Shown one piece after another: positions 35,982-45,201 of a DNA stretch of 64,000 nucleotides (the stretch's first letter is position 1; every line of letters begins with the position of its first letter). Origin of the DNA: an uncultured Acidimicrobiia bacterium (GTDB lineage: Bacteria > Actinomycetota > Acidimicrobiia > Spongiisociales > JAENVV01). The position numbers were made by a program, and so were the translations under genes. Location of the stretch: the NCBI GenBank assembly GCA_965366365.1, contig CBDUEV010000005.1:1099-65098 (forward strand), given 5' to 3'. Below the pieces are notes generated by a model. The model saw only the letters and a list, made by a program, of their open reading frames with translations. It was not told the DNA's origin and did no database searches.

Positions 35982-36680
35982 ATGAGCGTCTCACGACACA
36001 CCGCGCTGGTGACCGGCGCGACCTCGGGAATAGGGCGAGCGATAGCGTTGGCGCTCGCCCGCCAGGGGCGTCAGGTATGGGCGACCGGACGCCGGGCGGA
36101 CATGCTGGAGACGCTGGCATTGGAGGCGGACACGGTCCGACCCGTCGTGGCGGATCTGACCACCGTCCAGGGTCGCGACGCCGTTGTTCAGGCAGTCGGG
36201 AGCAACCCGCTGGATCTGGCGGTGCACGCCGCCGGCCTCCTCGGGCCGGCGATGGTTCCGATCGAGTCCTACCCCGAGGAGGACTGGTACCGGGTGTTCG
36301 AGACCAACGTGTCCTCTATTCACCTTCTCCACCAGGCGATCGCCCCGGCGATGCATCGGGCCACCATGCCAACGGTCATCGGGGTGTCCAGCTCGGTGGG
36401 CAGGCAGGGGAGAGCCGGATGGGGAATGTACGCCGTCTCGAAATATGCCCTGGAGGGATGGCTGCAGGTCCTGGCGGACGAGTGGGGTGAGCGAGGCAGG
36501 GTCTACTCGGTGAATCCGGGTGGCACGGCCACGGACATGCGAGCGGCAGCCATGCCTGAGGAAGATCCTTCGACCCTTCCTACTCCCGAAGACATCGTTC
36601 CGATGTTTCTCCACCTCGCCGAGCCGTCCTGCACCTTCCCTTCCGGGGGGCAGTTCGACGCCAGGGATTATCTGGGTTAG
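35982..36680 (+). CDS. SDR-family oxidoreductase
   Basis: It has the TGATSGIGRAIA Rossmann motif and the YAVSKYAL catalytic motif. Confidence 0.8.
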   Translation: MSVSRHTALVTGATSGIGRAIALALARQGRQVWATGRRADMLETLALEADTVRPVVADLTTVQGRDAVVQAVGSNPLDLAVHAAGLLGPAMVPIESYPEEDWYRVFETNVSSIHLLHQAIAPAMHRATMPTVIGVSSSVGRQGRAGWGMYAVSKYALEGWLQVLADEWGERGRVYSVNPGGTATDMRAAAMPEEDPSTLPTPEDIVPMFLHLAEPSCTFPSGGQFDARDYLG

Positions 36681-36717
36681 GCGGCCCCGGTGGAGCCGCC
36701 CGATCCCGGTGGCGAGC

Positions 36718-37983
36718 TCAGCGGCGTCGGCGGCGGGCCGGCTGATGTCGCTTGGCCCCCCCGCTGCGGTTCTGGCTGTGGTTCGGGCGAGGACGTGACT
36801 TCTTCCGGCCACCTCCACCACGGACTTCCTCGACCGGAACCGCACCGACCTTGCTGCCTGAAGCACCGGTCAACCAGTCCTCCGACGGCGTGTGCATCTT
36901 CTGGGCGAGCCCCACGGACCGCTGGAGGCGTTTCAGGTCGGCGAGTTGGTCTCCGAGTACCAGCGAGACCACAACACCTTCGGCGCCGGCTCGGGCCGTC
37001 CGCCCCGAACGGTGGAGGTAGTCCTTGCCATCGGCAGGAAGATCGAAATGAATGACGCTGGCTACCCCGTCCACGTGGATTCCTCGGGCGGCGACGTCGG
37101 TGGCGACCAGCGCCTTGACACGGCCCTTTGTGAAGGAGTTCAAGGCCCGGTTGCGTTGACTCTGACTGCGGCCACCATGAATGGCAGCCGCTGCCACTCC
37201 CGCCCGCTCCAGCTGGCTGGCCACACGGTCGGCGCCGCGACGCGTTCTCGTGAAGACGATCGAAGGGGTCGACGTGCCGACGATCTCCGCGGTCCGTTTG
37301 ATCCGGTCGTGGTGATCTACCCTCCAGAAGTAGTGAGCGGCTTCGTGGTGGTTTTCTTCGCCAACGACCTCGTGGCGTACCGGGTCGTTCTGATAGCGGC
37401 GGGTCAGCTCGGCGACATCTCCGTCGAGGGTCGCTGAAAACAGAATGGTCTGGCGGTTCCGGGCCGTTTGGTCGAGCAGCTTCTGTACCTGAGGCATGAA
37501 CCCCATGTCGGCCATGCGGTCTGCTTCATCGACGACGACGATGTCCACATCGCCCAGGCTGACGGAACCCTCGTCGATCAGGTCGATGAGCCGACCTGGG
37601 GTGGCGACGAGGATGTCGGTGCCACGCTTGAGGCCGCGCCGCTGGAAGTCGTAGCCGACGCCTCCGTAGACCGCCAACACCCACCGCTGCGCCGATTTGG
37701 CGACCGGCGTCAGTTCACGGCTGATCTGCTCGGCGAGCTCGCGGGTGGGAGCGAGGATGAGGGCACGAGGGTGCTTGGAGTTGGCCTTGGCGACCTTGGT
37801 GATGACCGGCAAACCGAAGGCAAGCGTCTTGCCGGATCCGGTCGGGGCTCTACCGAGAACGTCCCGCCCAGCGATGAGGTCGGGGATGGCAGCAGACTGG
37901 ATGGGGAATGGTTCGGTGATCGAACGTTCGTTCAGTGTGGCGACGAGCCGCGCGGGCACGCCGAGTTCAGCGAAGGTGGTCAT
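36718..37983 (-). CDS. DEAD-box ATP-dependent RNA helicase
   Basis: It has the Q-motif (FPIQSAAIP), Walker A (PTGSGKT), DEAD and SAT motifs, HRSGRTAR, and an Arg/Gly-rich basic C-tail. Confidence 0.85.
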   Translation of the reverse strand: MTTFAELGVPARLVATLNERSITEPFPIQSAAIPDLIAGRDVLGRAPTGSGKTLAFGLPVITKVAKANSKHPRALILAPTRELAEQISRELTPVAKSAQRWVLAVYGGVGYDFQRRGLKRGTDILVATPGRLIDLIDEGSVSLGDVDIVVVDEADRMADMGFMPQVQKLLDQTARNRQTILFSATLDGDVAELTRRYQNDPVRHEVVGEENHHEAAHYFWRVDHHDRIKRTAEIVGTSTPSIVFTRTRRGADRVASQLERAGVAAAAIHGGRSQSQRNRALNSFTKGRVKALVATDVAARGIHVDGVASVIHFDLPADGKDYLHRSGRTARAGAEGVVVSLVLGDQLADLKRLQRSVGLAQKMHTPSEDWLTGASGSKVGAVPVEEVRGGGGRKKSRPRPNHSQNRSGGAKRHQPARRRRR

Positions 37984-38301
37984 TGATGCTCCTCTGGTCC
38001 CGGGTTGGGGACCGACAGGTACGGTTGGTCAGGCTCGACGCTCGTACTCCGTACTCCACGAGGATCGAAATGGGAGAGTCGAGGGCTCTCCACATCGGTA
38101 GCCGTTGTTCACCGGATACGCGCAAACGCGCAAAAACCTCTATCTGGTGCGGCGGTGAGAGAACGCTAACACAGATCCACGGCTTCGCGTCATTCACCCC
38201 GGGATGCGCTGCCAATGGTCTGGGCTGCGGATCCGGTCGCCCGGCCGGGAGTTGGTGGTTTTCTGCTGGCAATCGAGCCAGGTCTGCGCGAAGGTCATCA
38301 C

Positions 38302-38559
38302 ATGAGACGAGGAGTCGCCCTGCACCGGGTCTCCTATGCGGTGGGGGTTCTGTGGCTGGCAATGGCGGCCTTTGGTGAGGCCTGGTTTGTGATCGTCGGC
38401 GTCGCATTCCTGGTCGTCGGGGCGCTGCTCCATCTTCGGTACCGTCGCCGCGTTGCGCGGTACGCCTTCGGCACAATGGCGCCTGATGATCGACTCGTCT
38501 CGCGCCCCGGAATGCGTGACCGGTATGAGGGGGTCGTCGACTCGCTCCTCCGCTGGTGA
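38302..38559 (+). CDS. Hypothetical small membrane protein
   Basis: An internal Met of ORF 38215..38559 is followed by two hydrophobic segments. It lies in the long helicase/mraZ intergenic region. Weak support. Confidence 0.25.
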   Translation: MRRGVALHRVSYAVGVLWLAMAAFGEAWFVIVGVAFLVVGALLHLRYRRRVARYAFGTMAPDDRLVSRPGMRDRYEGVVDSLLRW

Positions 38560-38765
38560 GCGCCGGCACCTCCCTGCCTCCCCTCCCTCGTGACGCAGGC
38601 TGATCTCCTCTGACGCGCCCTCCGTCAGGCGGCGAAGGTAGAGAACCGGCCTGGTGAAACGGGACGCGCTATCTCGCTTTCCCAATGCCTGACAGGCGCT
38701 CGGCGGCGAACCGACCCACTGACGGATAGCAAAGCCTCCCAAGGCCGACCAGAAATCTTCGCGAA

Positions 38766-38832
38766 ATGGGGCAAAAGTGGCTCAAGGTGGTTGACAAGTG
38801 GGCCGATGTGGTGCAAAGTGGGGCTCCGTGGA
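38766..38832 (+). promoter_or_regulatory. MraZ operator-like array: seven TGG(G) direct repeats at 10-11-bp spacing, with an embedded TTGACA (-35-like)
   Basis: TGG starts at 38767, 38778, 38788, 38799, 38809, 38819 and 38829 (aTGGGg, aGTGGc, gGTGGt, aGTGGGc, tGTGGt, aGTGGGg, cGTGGa). They end 31 bp upstream of the mraZ GTG start. This matches the known MraZ-binding architecture of direct TGGG/GTGG repeats with 10-bp periodicity. Confidence 0.6.
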
Positions 38833-38862
38833 GGAAGCCCGGATGAGTGACAGGGAATTGAT

Positions 38863-39294
38863 GTGCTACTCGGTGAATACCAACACAGCGTGGATGAGAA
38901 GGGGCGGCTCGTGCTGCCCCGGAAGTTCCGCGACTCCGTCGAGGAAGGCTGTGTCATCACCAAGGGTCAGGAGCGGTGCCTCTTCGTCTTTCCGCTCGAC
39001 CAGTGGTCCGAAGAGGAGGCGAGGGTGAGAGCCCTTCCTCGCACCGACCAGCGCGCCCGTCGCTATGCCCGCTCGTTCTTCGCCAGCGCCGACCATCAAT
39101 CAATGGACAAGCAAGGTCGGGTGGCGGTGACGCCGCGGCTCCGTGAATACGCGGGGCTCGGCAAAGACGTGACCATCGTCGGTGTGTCGGATCGAATGGA
39201 GATCTGGGACACGGCGACCTGGGAGCGCCTGCAAACAGAATCAGATGACTACTACGCCGACATCGAGGAGGCGCTCAGCGAATTCGGAATCTGA
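38863..39294 (+). CDS. mraZ: Division/cell wall cluster transcriptional repressor MraZ
   Basis: GTG start. It has tandem MraZ/SpoVT-AbrB-like halves (LLGEYQHSVDEKGRLVLPRKFR... and DKQGRVAVTPRLREYAGL). Confidence 0.85.
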   Translation: MLLGEYQHSVDEKGRLVLPRKFRDSVEEGCVITKGQERCLFVFPLDQWSEEEARVRALPRTDQRARRYARSFFASADHQSMDKQGRVAVTPRLREYAGLGKDVTIVGVSDRMEIWDTATWERLQTESDDYYADIEEALSEFGI

Positions 39295-39405
39295 CCCACA
39301 ACTCGAGGCTGACGTTCTGATTCATCGTCAGCCCCCCGGTTACCAGATAGGAAGGCCCCTTACTCCGCCCGCTTCCGTTTGGTGCCAGCGCCCGGGGGGC
39401 TGACC

Positions 39406-40434
39406 ATGCATCAGAGACCAGACCCCGAACATGGGAAAGCCCGATATCACGAGCCCGTTATGGCAGAGGAAACGATCGAGATGTTCAAAGAGATCAGCCA
39501 AGGGATCCTCGTTGACGCCACTTTCGGTGGCGGGGGCCACACTCGCCGTCTCCTCGAGGCGCTCGGCGACGGTGTCCGCTTCCTGGCCTTCGATCGCGAC
39601 CCGGATGCAGCCCGCAATCTGCCGCCTGTCGAGCCGGCCGACGAGGCACCATCGAAGTCCCAGCCGGACGACGGGCTCTCCTGGGGTCGTCTGAAAGACG
39701 GGCTCTCCTGGGGCCGAGTCGGCCTCGTCCAACGCAGTTTTGGCGAAATCGAAACCGTCCTCGACGAGGAAGGGATCGAGACGATCGCCGGCGCCCTGTT
39801 CGATCTGGGCGTCTCAAGTCACCAACTCGATCAGCCAGAACGCGGCTTCTCCTACAAGCGTTCGGGTCCGCTGGACATGCGGATGGGCCCGGACGCGCCG
39901 TATTCTGCTGACGAGCTCGTGAACGAATGGCCCGAAGCCGATCTGGCCAGGGTCATTCATCGGTACGGAGAGGAGCGCTTCGCCCGTCGTATTGCACGAG
40001 AGATCGTCCAGGCGCGTCCGATCGTCGATACCGAACATCTCGCCGACGTCGTCAAGACTGCCGTCCCGGCAGCCACGCGTCGCACTGGTGGGCATCCTGC
40101 TCGCCGAACGTTCCAGGCACTTCGGATCGCCGTCAACGACGAGCTCGGAGAGCTGGAAAGAGGACTGGAAGGCGCCCTGTCTCGCCTGGCTGACAACGGT
40201 CGATGCGTAGTGATCTCCTACCACTCGCTGGAAGACCGGATTGTCAAACAACGATTCGCACAGGGCGCCCAGGGCTGCATCTGCCCTCCCGACCTCCCCG
40301 TGTGCGGATGCGGCCGGACGGCCGAACTCCGCCTCGTCAACCGGCGGGCGATCCGTCCTTCCGAGGAGGAAGTCGCTCGCAACCCCAGGGCCCGGAGCGC
40401 GATTTTGCGCGCCGTCGAAAAGGTGGCGGCATGA
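39406..40434 (+). CDS. rsmH: 16S rRNA (cytosine1402-N4)-methyltransferase
   Basis: It has the SAM-binding motif (VDATFGGGGHTRRLLE) and the C-terminal CxCG motif. It contains an in-frame 24-bp tandem duplication (DGLSWGRLKDGLSWGRV) at 39669-39716. Confidence 0.85.
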   Translation: MHQRPDPEHGKARYHEPVMAEETIEMFKEISQGILVDATFGGGGHTRRLLEALGDGVRFLAFDRDPDAARNLPPVEPADEAPSKSQPDDGLSWGRLKDGLSWGRVGLVQRSFGEIETVLDEEGIETIAGALFDLGVSSHQLDQPERGFSYKRSGPLDMRMGPDAPYSADELVNEWPEADLARVIHRYGEERFARRIAREIVQARPIVDTEHLADVVKTAVPAATRRTGGHPARRTFQALRIAVNDELGELERGLEGALSRLADNGRCVVISYHSLEDRIVKQRFAQGAQGCICPPDLPVCGCGRTAELRLVNRRAIRPSEEEVARNPRARSAILRAVEKVAA

Positions 40435-40838
40435 CCGCCGCACGCCCCCTCACCACGCAGCCCCGCTCAGCCGGCATGCGCGTCGTTCAGGGCCGCCGAT
40501 CCGTGCGACCCCGCGTCGGAGCATGGATCCTCTATACGGTGGTCGCCGCCGTGGCGTTCTTCGGGTTGATCTACAGTCAAACCCGGCTCAACGCCCGCGC
40601 CATCGAGATCAACGAGCTCCAGCAGGCGATCGAGGTGGAACAGGAACGCTACGAAAGCCTGCAACTCCAGGTGGCTCGCCTCGAGTCTCCCTCCCTCGTC
40701 GTCCCGGCGGCCGAGGAACTGGGAATGGTTTTCCCCACAGATATGGTGGCTCTCACCGCATCCGGCGTCGTCGGAACCCACCAGGGCGCCGGAGAGCGAT
40801 TGGCAGAGTTGGAATCAGTCCTGACGGCGGCGCCATGA
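40431..40838 (+). CDS. ftsL: Cell division protein FtsL
   Basis: ATGA overlap with rsmH. It has a single TM helix (ILYTVVAAVAFFGLIYS) followed by a coiled coil (INELQQAIEVEQERYESLQLQVARLESPS). Confidence 0.6.
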   Translation: MTAARPLTTQPRSAGMRVVQGRRSVRPRVGAWILYTVVAAVAFFGLIYSQTRLNARAIEINELQQAIEVEQERYESLQLQVARLESPSLVVPAAEELGMVFPTDMVALTASGVVGTHQGAGERLAELESVLTAAP

Positions 40839-40947
40839 GTGCCCCCGCTCCGGACCCGAAGATGGCCCGACCTGGCGCTGGCGGCCGCAGTCCCATGGGT
40901 GGGCGACCACCCGGCCGTGCCTGCCCGGTCAGGCCGGGCCGCTAGTC

Positions 40948-42708
40948 ATGCGCGGGGCTGGCCCCGCTTCATCCGGCCGCGCCAAGAACGGCCGAACCAA
41001 ATCGAGTCGTGGTAAGTCGCCGCGCCGTAGTCGGTGGCGAGGACCCGACCTTCGAATCGTCGCAGTAGGCCTCGTCATGGTGTTGGCCTGGGTCGGCGTC
41101 GGACTCCAGCTCTTCCGGATCCAGGTCGTCGAAGCCGAAGAGTACCGGGGCCGGGCACTCGACCAACGACAGCGAGAGGTGTTGCTGGCCGCGGATCGTG
41201 GAGCGATCTTCGACCGAAACGGCCGTCAGCTGGCGGTCACCATCAAGTCCTGGTCGGTGATCGCCAACCCCCGCCAGGTCGAAGACCCGATCGTGACGGC
41301 TCGCCTGGTGGCGGCCGCCCTCGACCTCGATCCCGACGTGCTCACCGAGAAACTCAGTCGCGACGCCGGGTACGTGTTCTTGGCTCGGCAACTCGAAGAG
41401 CCCGAGATCCAGTCGCTCAAGGAGGCCGAGCTGCCGGGAATCTTCTTCGAAGAGGAGCCCAAGCGGGCCTATCCGGCCGGGTCTCTGGCTGCCCAGGTGC
41501 TGGGCTTCGTCAACATCGACGGCGAAGGCATCGAGGGGCTCGAGGCGTTCTACGACGAAGAGCTGGCGGGCGAGCCCGGCTACCTCCTCAACGAGCAAGA
41601 TCCGCTCGGTCGGCCGATCCCGCAGGGTGAATACCAGATCCAACCGGCCGAGCCGGGCAGCAACCTGGTGTTGACCCTGGACCTGAGCATCCAATTCATG
41701 GCCGAGCAGGCGTGCGTCAATGCCATCGAGATCACCGCCGCCAAGGCATGTACGATCGTCGTGCTCGACCCCCACACCGGCGAAGTGCTCGCCATGGCCG
41801 TCGTGCCGACCTTCGATCCTTCCGACCGTTCCGGGGTCGATCCCGAGGTCTTCCAGAATCGGGCGGTGCGCTACGTCTACGAGCCGGGATCCACCCAGAA
41901 GCTCGTCACGGTGGCGGCAGCCATCGAAGAAGGCGCCGTCACATGGGAGTCGACGTTCAACGTTCCGTACTCGATCGACGTCGCCGACCAGACGTTCGAG
42001 GAGTACGGAAGTTCGCGCCCCGACCTGACGCTGTCGGTGAAGGACATCGTGACCCGCTCGTCCAACGTCGGTACGATCCTGGTCCAGCAGAGGCTCGGCA
42101 ACCAACCGCTCCGCGACTACCTGAACGCGTTTGGTTACGGTCAGAAGACCGGTGTCGACTACTCGGGTGAGTCCGGTGGTGCCGTCTCGGTCGATCCTTC
42201 CTGTGGCTCCTGTACGGCGTCGGCGGCCATCGGCTACTCCGTGTCGGCGACCCCCCTCCAGATGGCGGCGGTCTACGGAACCATCGCCAACGACGGAATC
42301 TGGGTCAAGCCGCATCTCGTGGCCGACATCGTCGATGGCGAAGGCGTCACCCACCCGGTGGAGCCCGAGACCCGCCAGGTGGTCTCCGCCGAAACGGCCG
42401 TCACGATGCGATTCCTGCTGCGCAACGTCGTCGACGAAGGAACCGGCACGCGTGCCGCCGTCCCCGGCTACAGCGTGGGAGGTAAGACCGGGACCACCGA
42501 GAAGGCTGCCGAGGGCGGCGGGTACACCTCGGACAACATCGCCAGCTTCATCGGGATGGCCCCGATAGGGGATCCTGAACTGGTGGTGGCAGTGGTGATC
42601 GACACGCCCATCAACGGGAACACCGGAGGCGCCGCCGCCGCCCCGGCCTTCGCCGAAGTCATGGAAAAGGCATTGCATCATCTCGGGGTTCAGCGTGACG
42701 CCGAGTAG
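40948..42708 (+). CDS. ftsI: Peptidoglycan D,D-transpeptidase FtsI (class B PBP)
   Basis: It has an N-terminal TM helix, a PBP dimerisation domain, and the transpeptidase motifs STQK (GSTQKL), SSN (RSSNVG) and KTG (GKTGT). Confidence 0.8.
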   Translation: MRGAGPASSGRAKNGRTKSSRGKSPRRSRWRGPDLRIVAVGLVMVLAWVGVGLQLFRIQVVEAEEYRGRALDQRQREVLLAADRGAIFDRNGRQLAVTIKSWSVIANPRQVEDPIVTARLVAAALDLDPDVLTEKLSRDAGYVFLARQLEEPEIQSLKEAELPGIFFEEEPKRAYPAGSLAAQVLGFVNIDGEGIEGLEAFYDEELAGEPGYLLNEQDPLGRPIPQGEYQIQPAEPGSNLVLTLDLSIQFMAEQACVNAIEITAAKACTIVVLDPHTGEVLAMAVVPTFDPSDRSGVDPEVFQNRAVRYVYEPGSTQKLVTVAAAIEEGAVTWESTFNVPYSIDVADQTFEEYGSSRPDLTLSVKDIVTRSSNVGTILVQQRLGNQPLRDYLNAFGYGQKTGVDYSGESGGAVSVDPSCGSCTASAAIGYSVSATPLQMAAVYGTIANDGIWVKPHLVADIVDGEGVTHPVEPETRQVVSAETAVTMRFLLRNVVDEGTGTRAAVPGYSVGGKTGTTEKAAEGGGYTSDNIASFIGMAPIGDPELVVAVVIDTPINGNTGGAAAAPAFAEVMEKALHHLGVQRDAE

Positions 42709-44137
42709 CACGCTCGAAGAGTTGGCCGAGGTGACCTCGGGTACCGTCCGCGGCGACGCCTCCACGGTGGTCACCGACGTCACCCACGACAGCCGGCAGG
42801 CAACCGACGGATTCCTCTTCGTGGCGGTGCGCGGCATGACCGCAGACGGACATGCCTACGTTGAGCAGGCCGCCGAGGGAGGCGCCAGCGCCGTGTGCGT
42901 CGAAGACTTCCAGCAGGTGTCCATTCCCCAGCTCCGGGTGGCCGACACCAGAGCGGCCCTCTCCGTCCTCGCCTCCACGGTGCACGGTGACCCGTCTTTG
43001 CGGCTCCGCCTGGTGGGCATCACCGGCACGAACGGGAAGACGACCGTTGCCCACATGGTGGAATCCATCACCCGCGCCGCCGGACTCTCGTCGGGAGTGA
43101 TCGGCACCATCGGAGCCCGAAGTGGCGATCGGGCCCTCGAGATCGGACGAACGACACCGGAGTCGACCGACCTGCAGAGGATGCTGGCTTTCATGGTCGG
43201 CGACCAGGTCGACGTCGTGGCCATGGAAGTGTCCTCGCATGCGCTGTCATTGGGCCGGGTCGCCGGTACTCGATTCGAGGTCGGAGCTTTCACCAACCTC
43301 TCCCAGGACCACCTCGACTTCCATTCCGACATGGAGAGCTACTTCGCCGCCAAGGCTGCGATGTTCGGCCAAGCCCGTCACGCCGTGATCAACATCGACT
43401 CGCCGTGGGGCGCACGCCTCGTCGGCATGGTCGACATCCCGGTGACCACCGTCGGGGCGGGGGGAGTCCTCCGGCCGAGCGAGGTCGTCTCCACCCTCTC
43501 GGGCTCCACGTTCCGTCTGACCGGCCAGGAGACGGAGTTGGAGATCACCCTGCCTCTCCCCGGGGGCTTCAACGTATCCAACGCAGCGGTGGCAGCCGGA
43601 TGCGCGCTGATCCTGGGCATGCCGGCGGACGCCATCGAACGCGGTCTGGCCGCCGTGACCTCCGTCGCCGGCCGCTTCGAGGTCATTCAACACGCCGGCG
43701 ATTTCGGGGTCGTGGTGGATTACGCCCACACACCGGACGGGATCGAGGCCGTGATTGCCGCCACCCGGGCGATGACCAGCGGACGAGTGATCGCGCTCGT
43801 GGGAGCCGGGGGCAACCGGGATCGCGGCAAGCGGCCGCTCATGGGAGCAGCCGGTGCCCACGCCGATCTCCTCTGGGTGACTTCGGATAACCCCAGATCG
43901 GAGGATCCAGCTGCCATCATCTCTGAGGTGATGCAGGGAGTAGAAGTGGGCACGGACGTGCGAGTCGAGCCGGACCGCGCTGCGGCGATCGCCGGAGCGA
44001 TCGGCGAGGCGAGGTCGGGCGACACCGTGCTCATCCTCGGCAAGGGCCACGAGCAGGGCCAGGATCTCGGCAACCGGGTCATCCCGTTCGACGACCGCCA
44101 GGTGGCCCGTTCGGTGCTGGGGGGTGGTGGCTCGTGA
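42695..44137 (+). CDS. murE: UDP-N-acetylmuramoyl-L-alanyl-D-glutamate--2,6-diaminopimelate ligase
   Basis: It has the Mur ligase P-loop (GITGTNGKTT). The DNPR motif (TSDNPRSEDP) indicates a meso-DAP-adding enzyme. The GTG start overlaps ftsI by 14 bp. Confidence 0.85.
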   Translation: MTPSSTLEELAEVTSGTVRGDASTVVTDVTHDSRQATDGFLFVAVRGMTADGHAYVEQAAEGGASAVCVEDFQQVSIPQLRVADTRAALSVLASTVHGDPSLRLRLVGITGTNGKTTVAHMVESITRAAGLSSGVIGTIGARSGDRALEIGRTTPESTDLQRMLAFMVGDQVDVVAMEVSSHALSLGRVAGTRFEVGAFTNLSQDHLDFHSDMESYFAAKAAMFGQARHAVINIDSPWGARLVGMVDIPVTTVGAGGVLRPSEVVSTLSGSTFRLTGQETELEITLPLPGGFNVSNAAVAAGCALILGMPADAIERGLAAVTSVAGRFEVIQHAGDFGVVVDYAHTPDGIEAVIAATRAMTSGRVIALVGAGGNRDRGKRPLMGAAGAHADLLWVTSDNPRSEDPAAIISEVMQGVEVGTDVRVEPDRAAAIAGAIGEARSGDTVLILGKGHEQGQDLGNRVIPFDDRQVARSVLGGGGS

Positions 44138-45201
44138 TCAGCATGTTCAGCGCGGCAGCCCTGGCGTTTCTGATCTCGATCGGGACAACGCCCTACGCCA
44201 TCAAAGTCCTCCGGAGTCGCAACATCGGCCAGTTCATCCAGCAGGAGGTCGAAGGCCACTCCCACAAACACGGCACGCCGACCATGGGGGGCATCGTCAT
44301 CGCCTTTGCCGTCCTGGCTGGTTATCTCGCCTCCCACGTGACGTTCTGGACCCGGAGTTCGGGGTTTGGGCTCGGTTTCATCGACCTCACCCGAGGCGGC
44401 CTGCTCGCCATCTTCGCCTTCGTGGGAATGGGCATCATCGGACTCCTCGATGACTACAAGAAGGTCTCAGAGGAACGGAACCTGGGCCTCAACAAACGCA
44501 GCAAATTCGGAGGTCAGCTGCTGATCGCCGGTGTCTTCGCCTGGGGCCTGGAGGCAAGCGACATGGTCCTCGACATCTCGTTCACCCGGGGCCTCGGCCT
44601 CGATCTCCCACTGTGGATCTTCATCATCTGGGTCTTGCTGGCCCTCACGGCCACGGCCAATGCGGTGAACATCACCGACGGACTCGACGGGCTCGCCTCC
44701 GGATCGAGTGCGCTGGTGTTCTCCGCTTACATGATCATCACGTTTTGGATCTTCAGAAACCCCGACTTCTACGGCTCGTTCCTCGCCCAGGAGCTATCCG
44801 CCCTGGACCTCGCCCGGTTTGCGGCGGCCATGGCCGGGGCCAGTCTGGGGTTCCTATGGTGGAACACCGCCCCCGCCCAGATTTTCATGGGTGATGTAGG
44901 GAGCCAGTCGTTGGGAGGGGGCCTCGCCGCCTTGGCGCTGCTGACCAACACGCATCTGCTACTGCCGATCCTCGGCGGTCTGTTCGTCTTCGAAACGGTC
45001 ACCGTGATCATGCAGATCGCCAGCTTCCGGCTCTTCGGCAAGCGGATCTTCCGGATTGCGCCGATCCACCACCACTTCGAGAGGGTCGGTTGGCCCGAAA
45101 CCACCATCATCGTCCGGTTCTGGATCATCAGCGCGATCTGTGTGGCCGCCGGAGTCGGGATCTTCTACGGAGACTTCGTGACCTCGGGGTTGATCGAATG
45201 A
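44134..45201 (+). CDS. mraY: Phospho-N-acetylmuramoyl-pentapeptide transferase
   Basis: It is a 10-TM protein with the DDxxD-like motif (LLDDYKK), NAVNITDGLDGLA, and HHHFE. It directly follows murE (GTGA overlap), so no murF sits between them. Confidence 0.9.
   Translation: MISMFSAAALAFLISIGTTPYAIKVLRSRNIGQFIQQEVEGHSHKHGTPTMGGIVIAFAVLAGYLASHVTFWTRSSGFGLGFIDLTRGGLLAIFAFVGMGIIGLLDDYKKVSEERNLGLNKRSKFGGQLLIAGVFAWGLEASDMVLDISFTRGLGLDLPLWIFIIWVLLALTATANAVNITDGLDGLASGSSALVFSAYMIITFWIFRNPDFYGSFLAQELSALDLARFAAAMAGASLGFLWWNTAPAQIFMGDVGSQSLGGGLAALALLTNTHLLLPILGGLFVFETVTVIMQIASFRLFGKRIFRIAPIHHHFERVGWPETTIIVRFWIISAICVAAGVGIFYGDFVTSGLIE

Noticed and set aside
37998-38016. Hairpin GGTCCC-gggttg-GGGACC at the 5' end of the DEAD-box helicase gene, plus direct repeat GCGCAAACGCGCAAAAA in its leader, as a possible cold-shock 5'-UTR structure or riboswitch
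   Set aside because: A structured leader is plausible for a DEAD-box helicase, but I cannot support a specific RNA family from the sequence alone.
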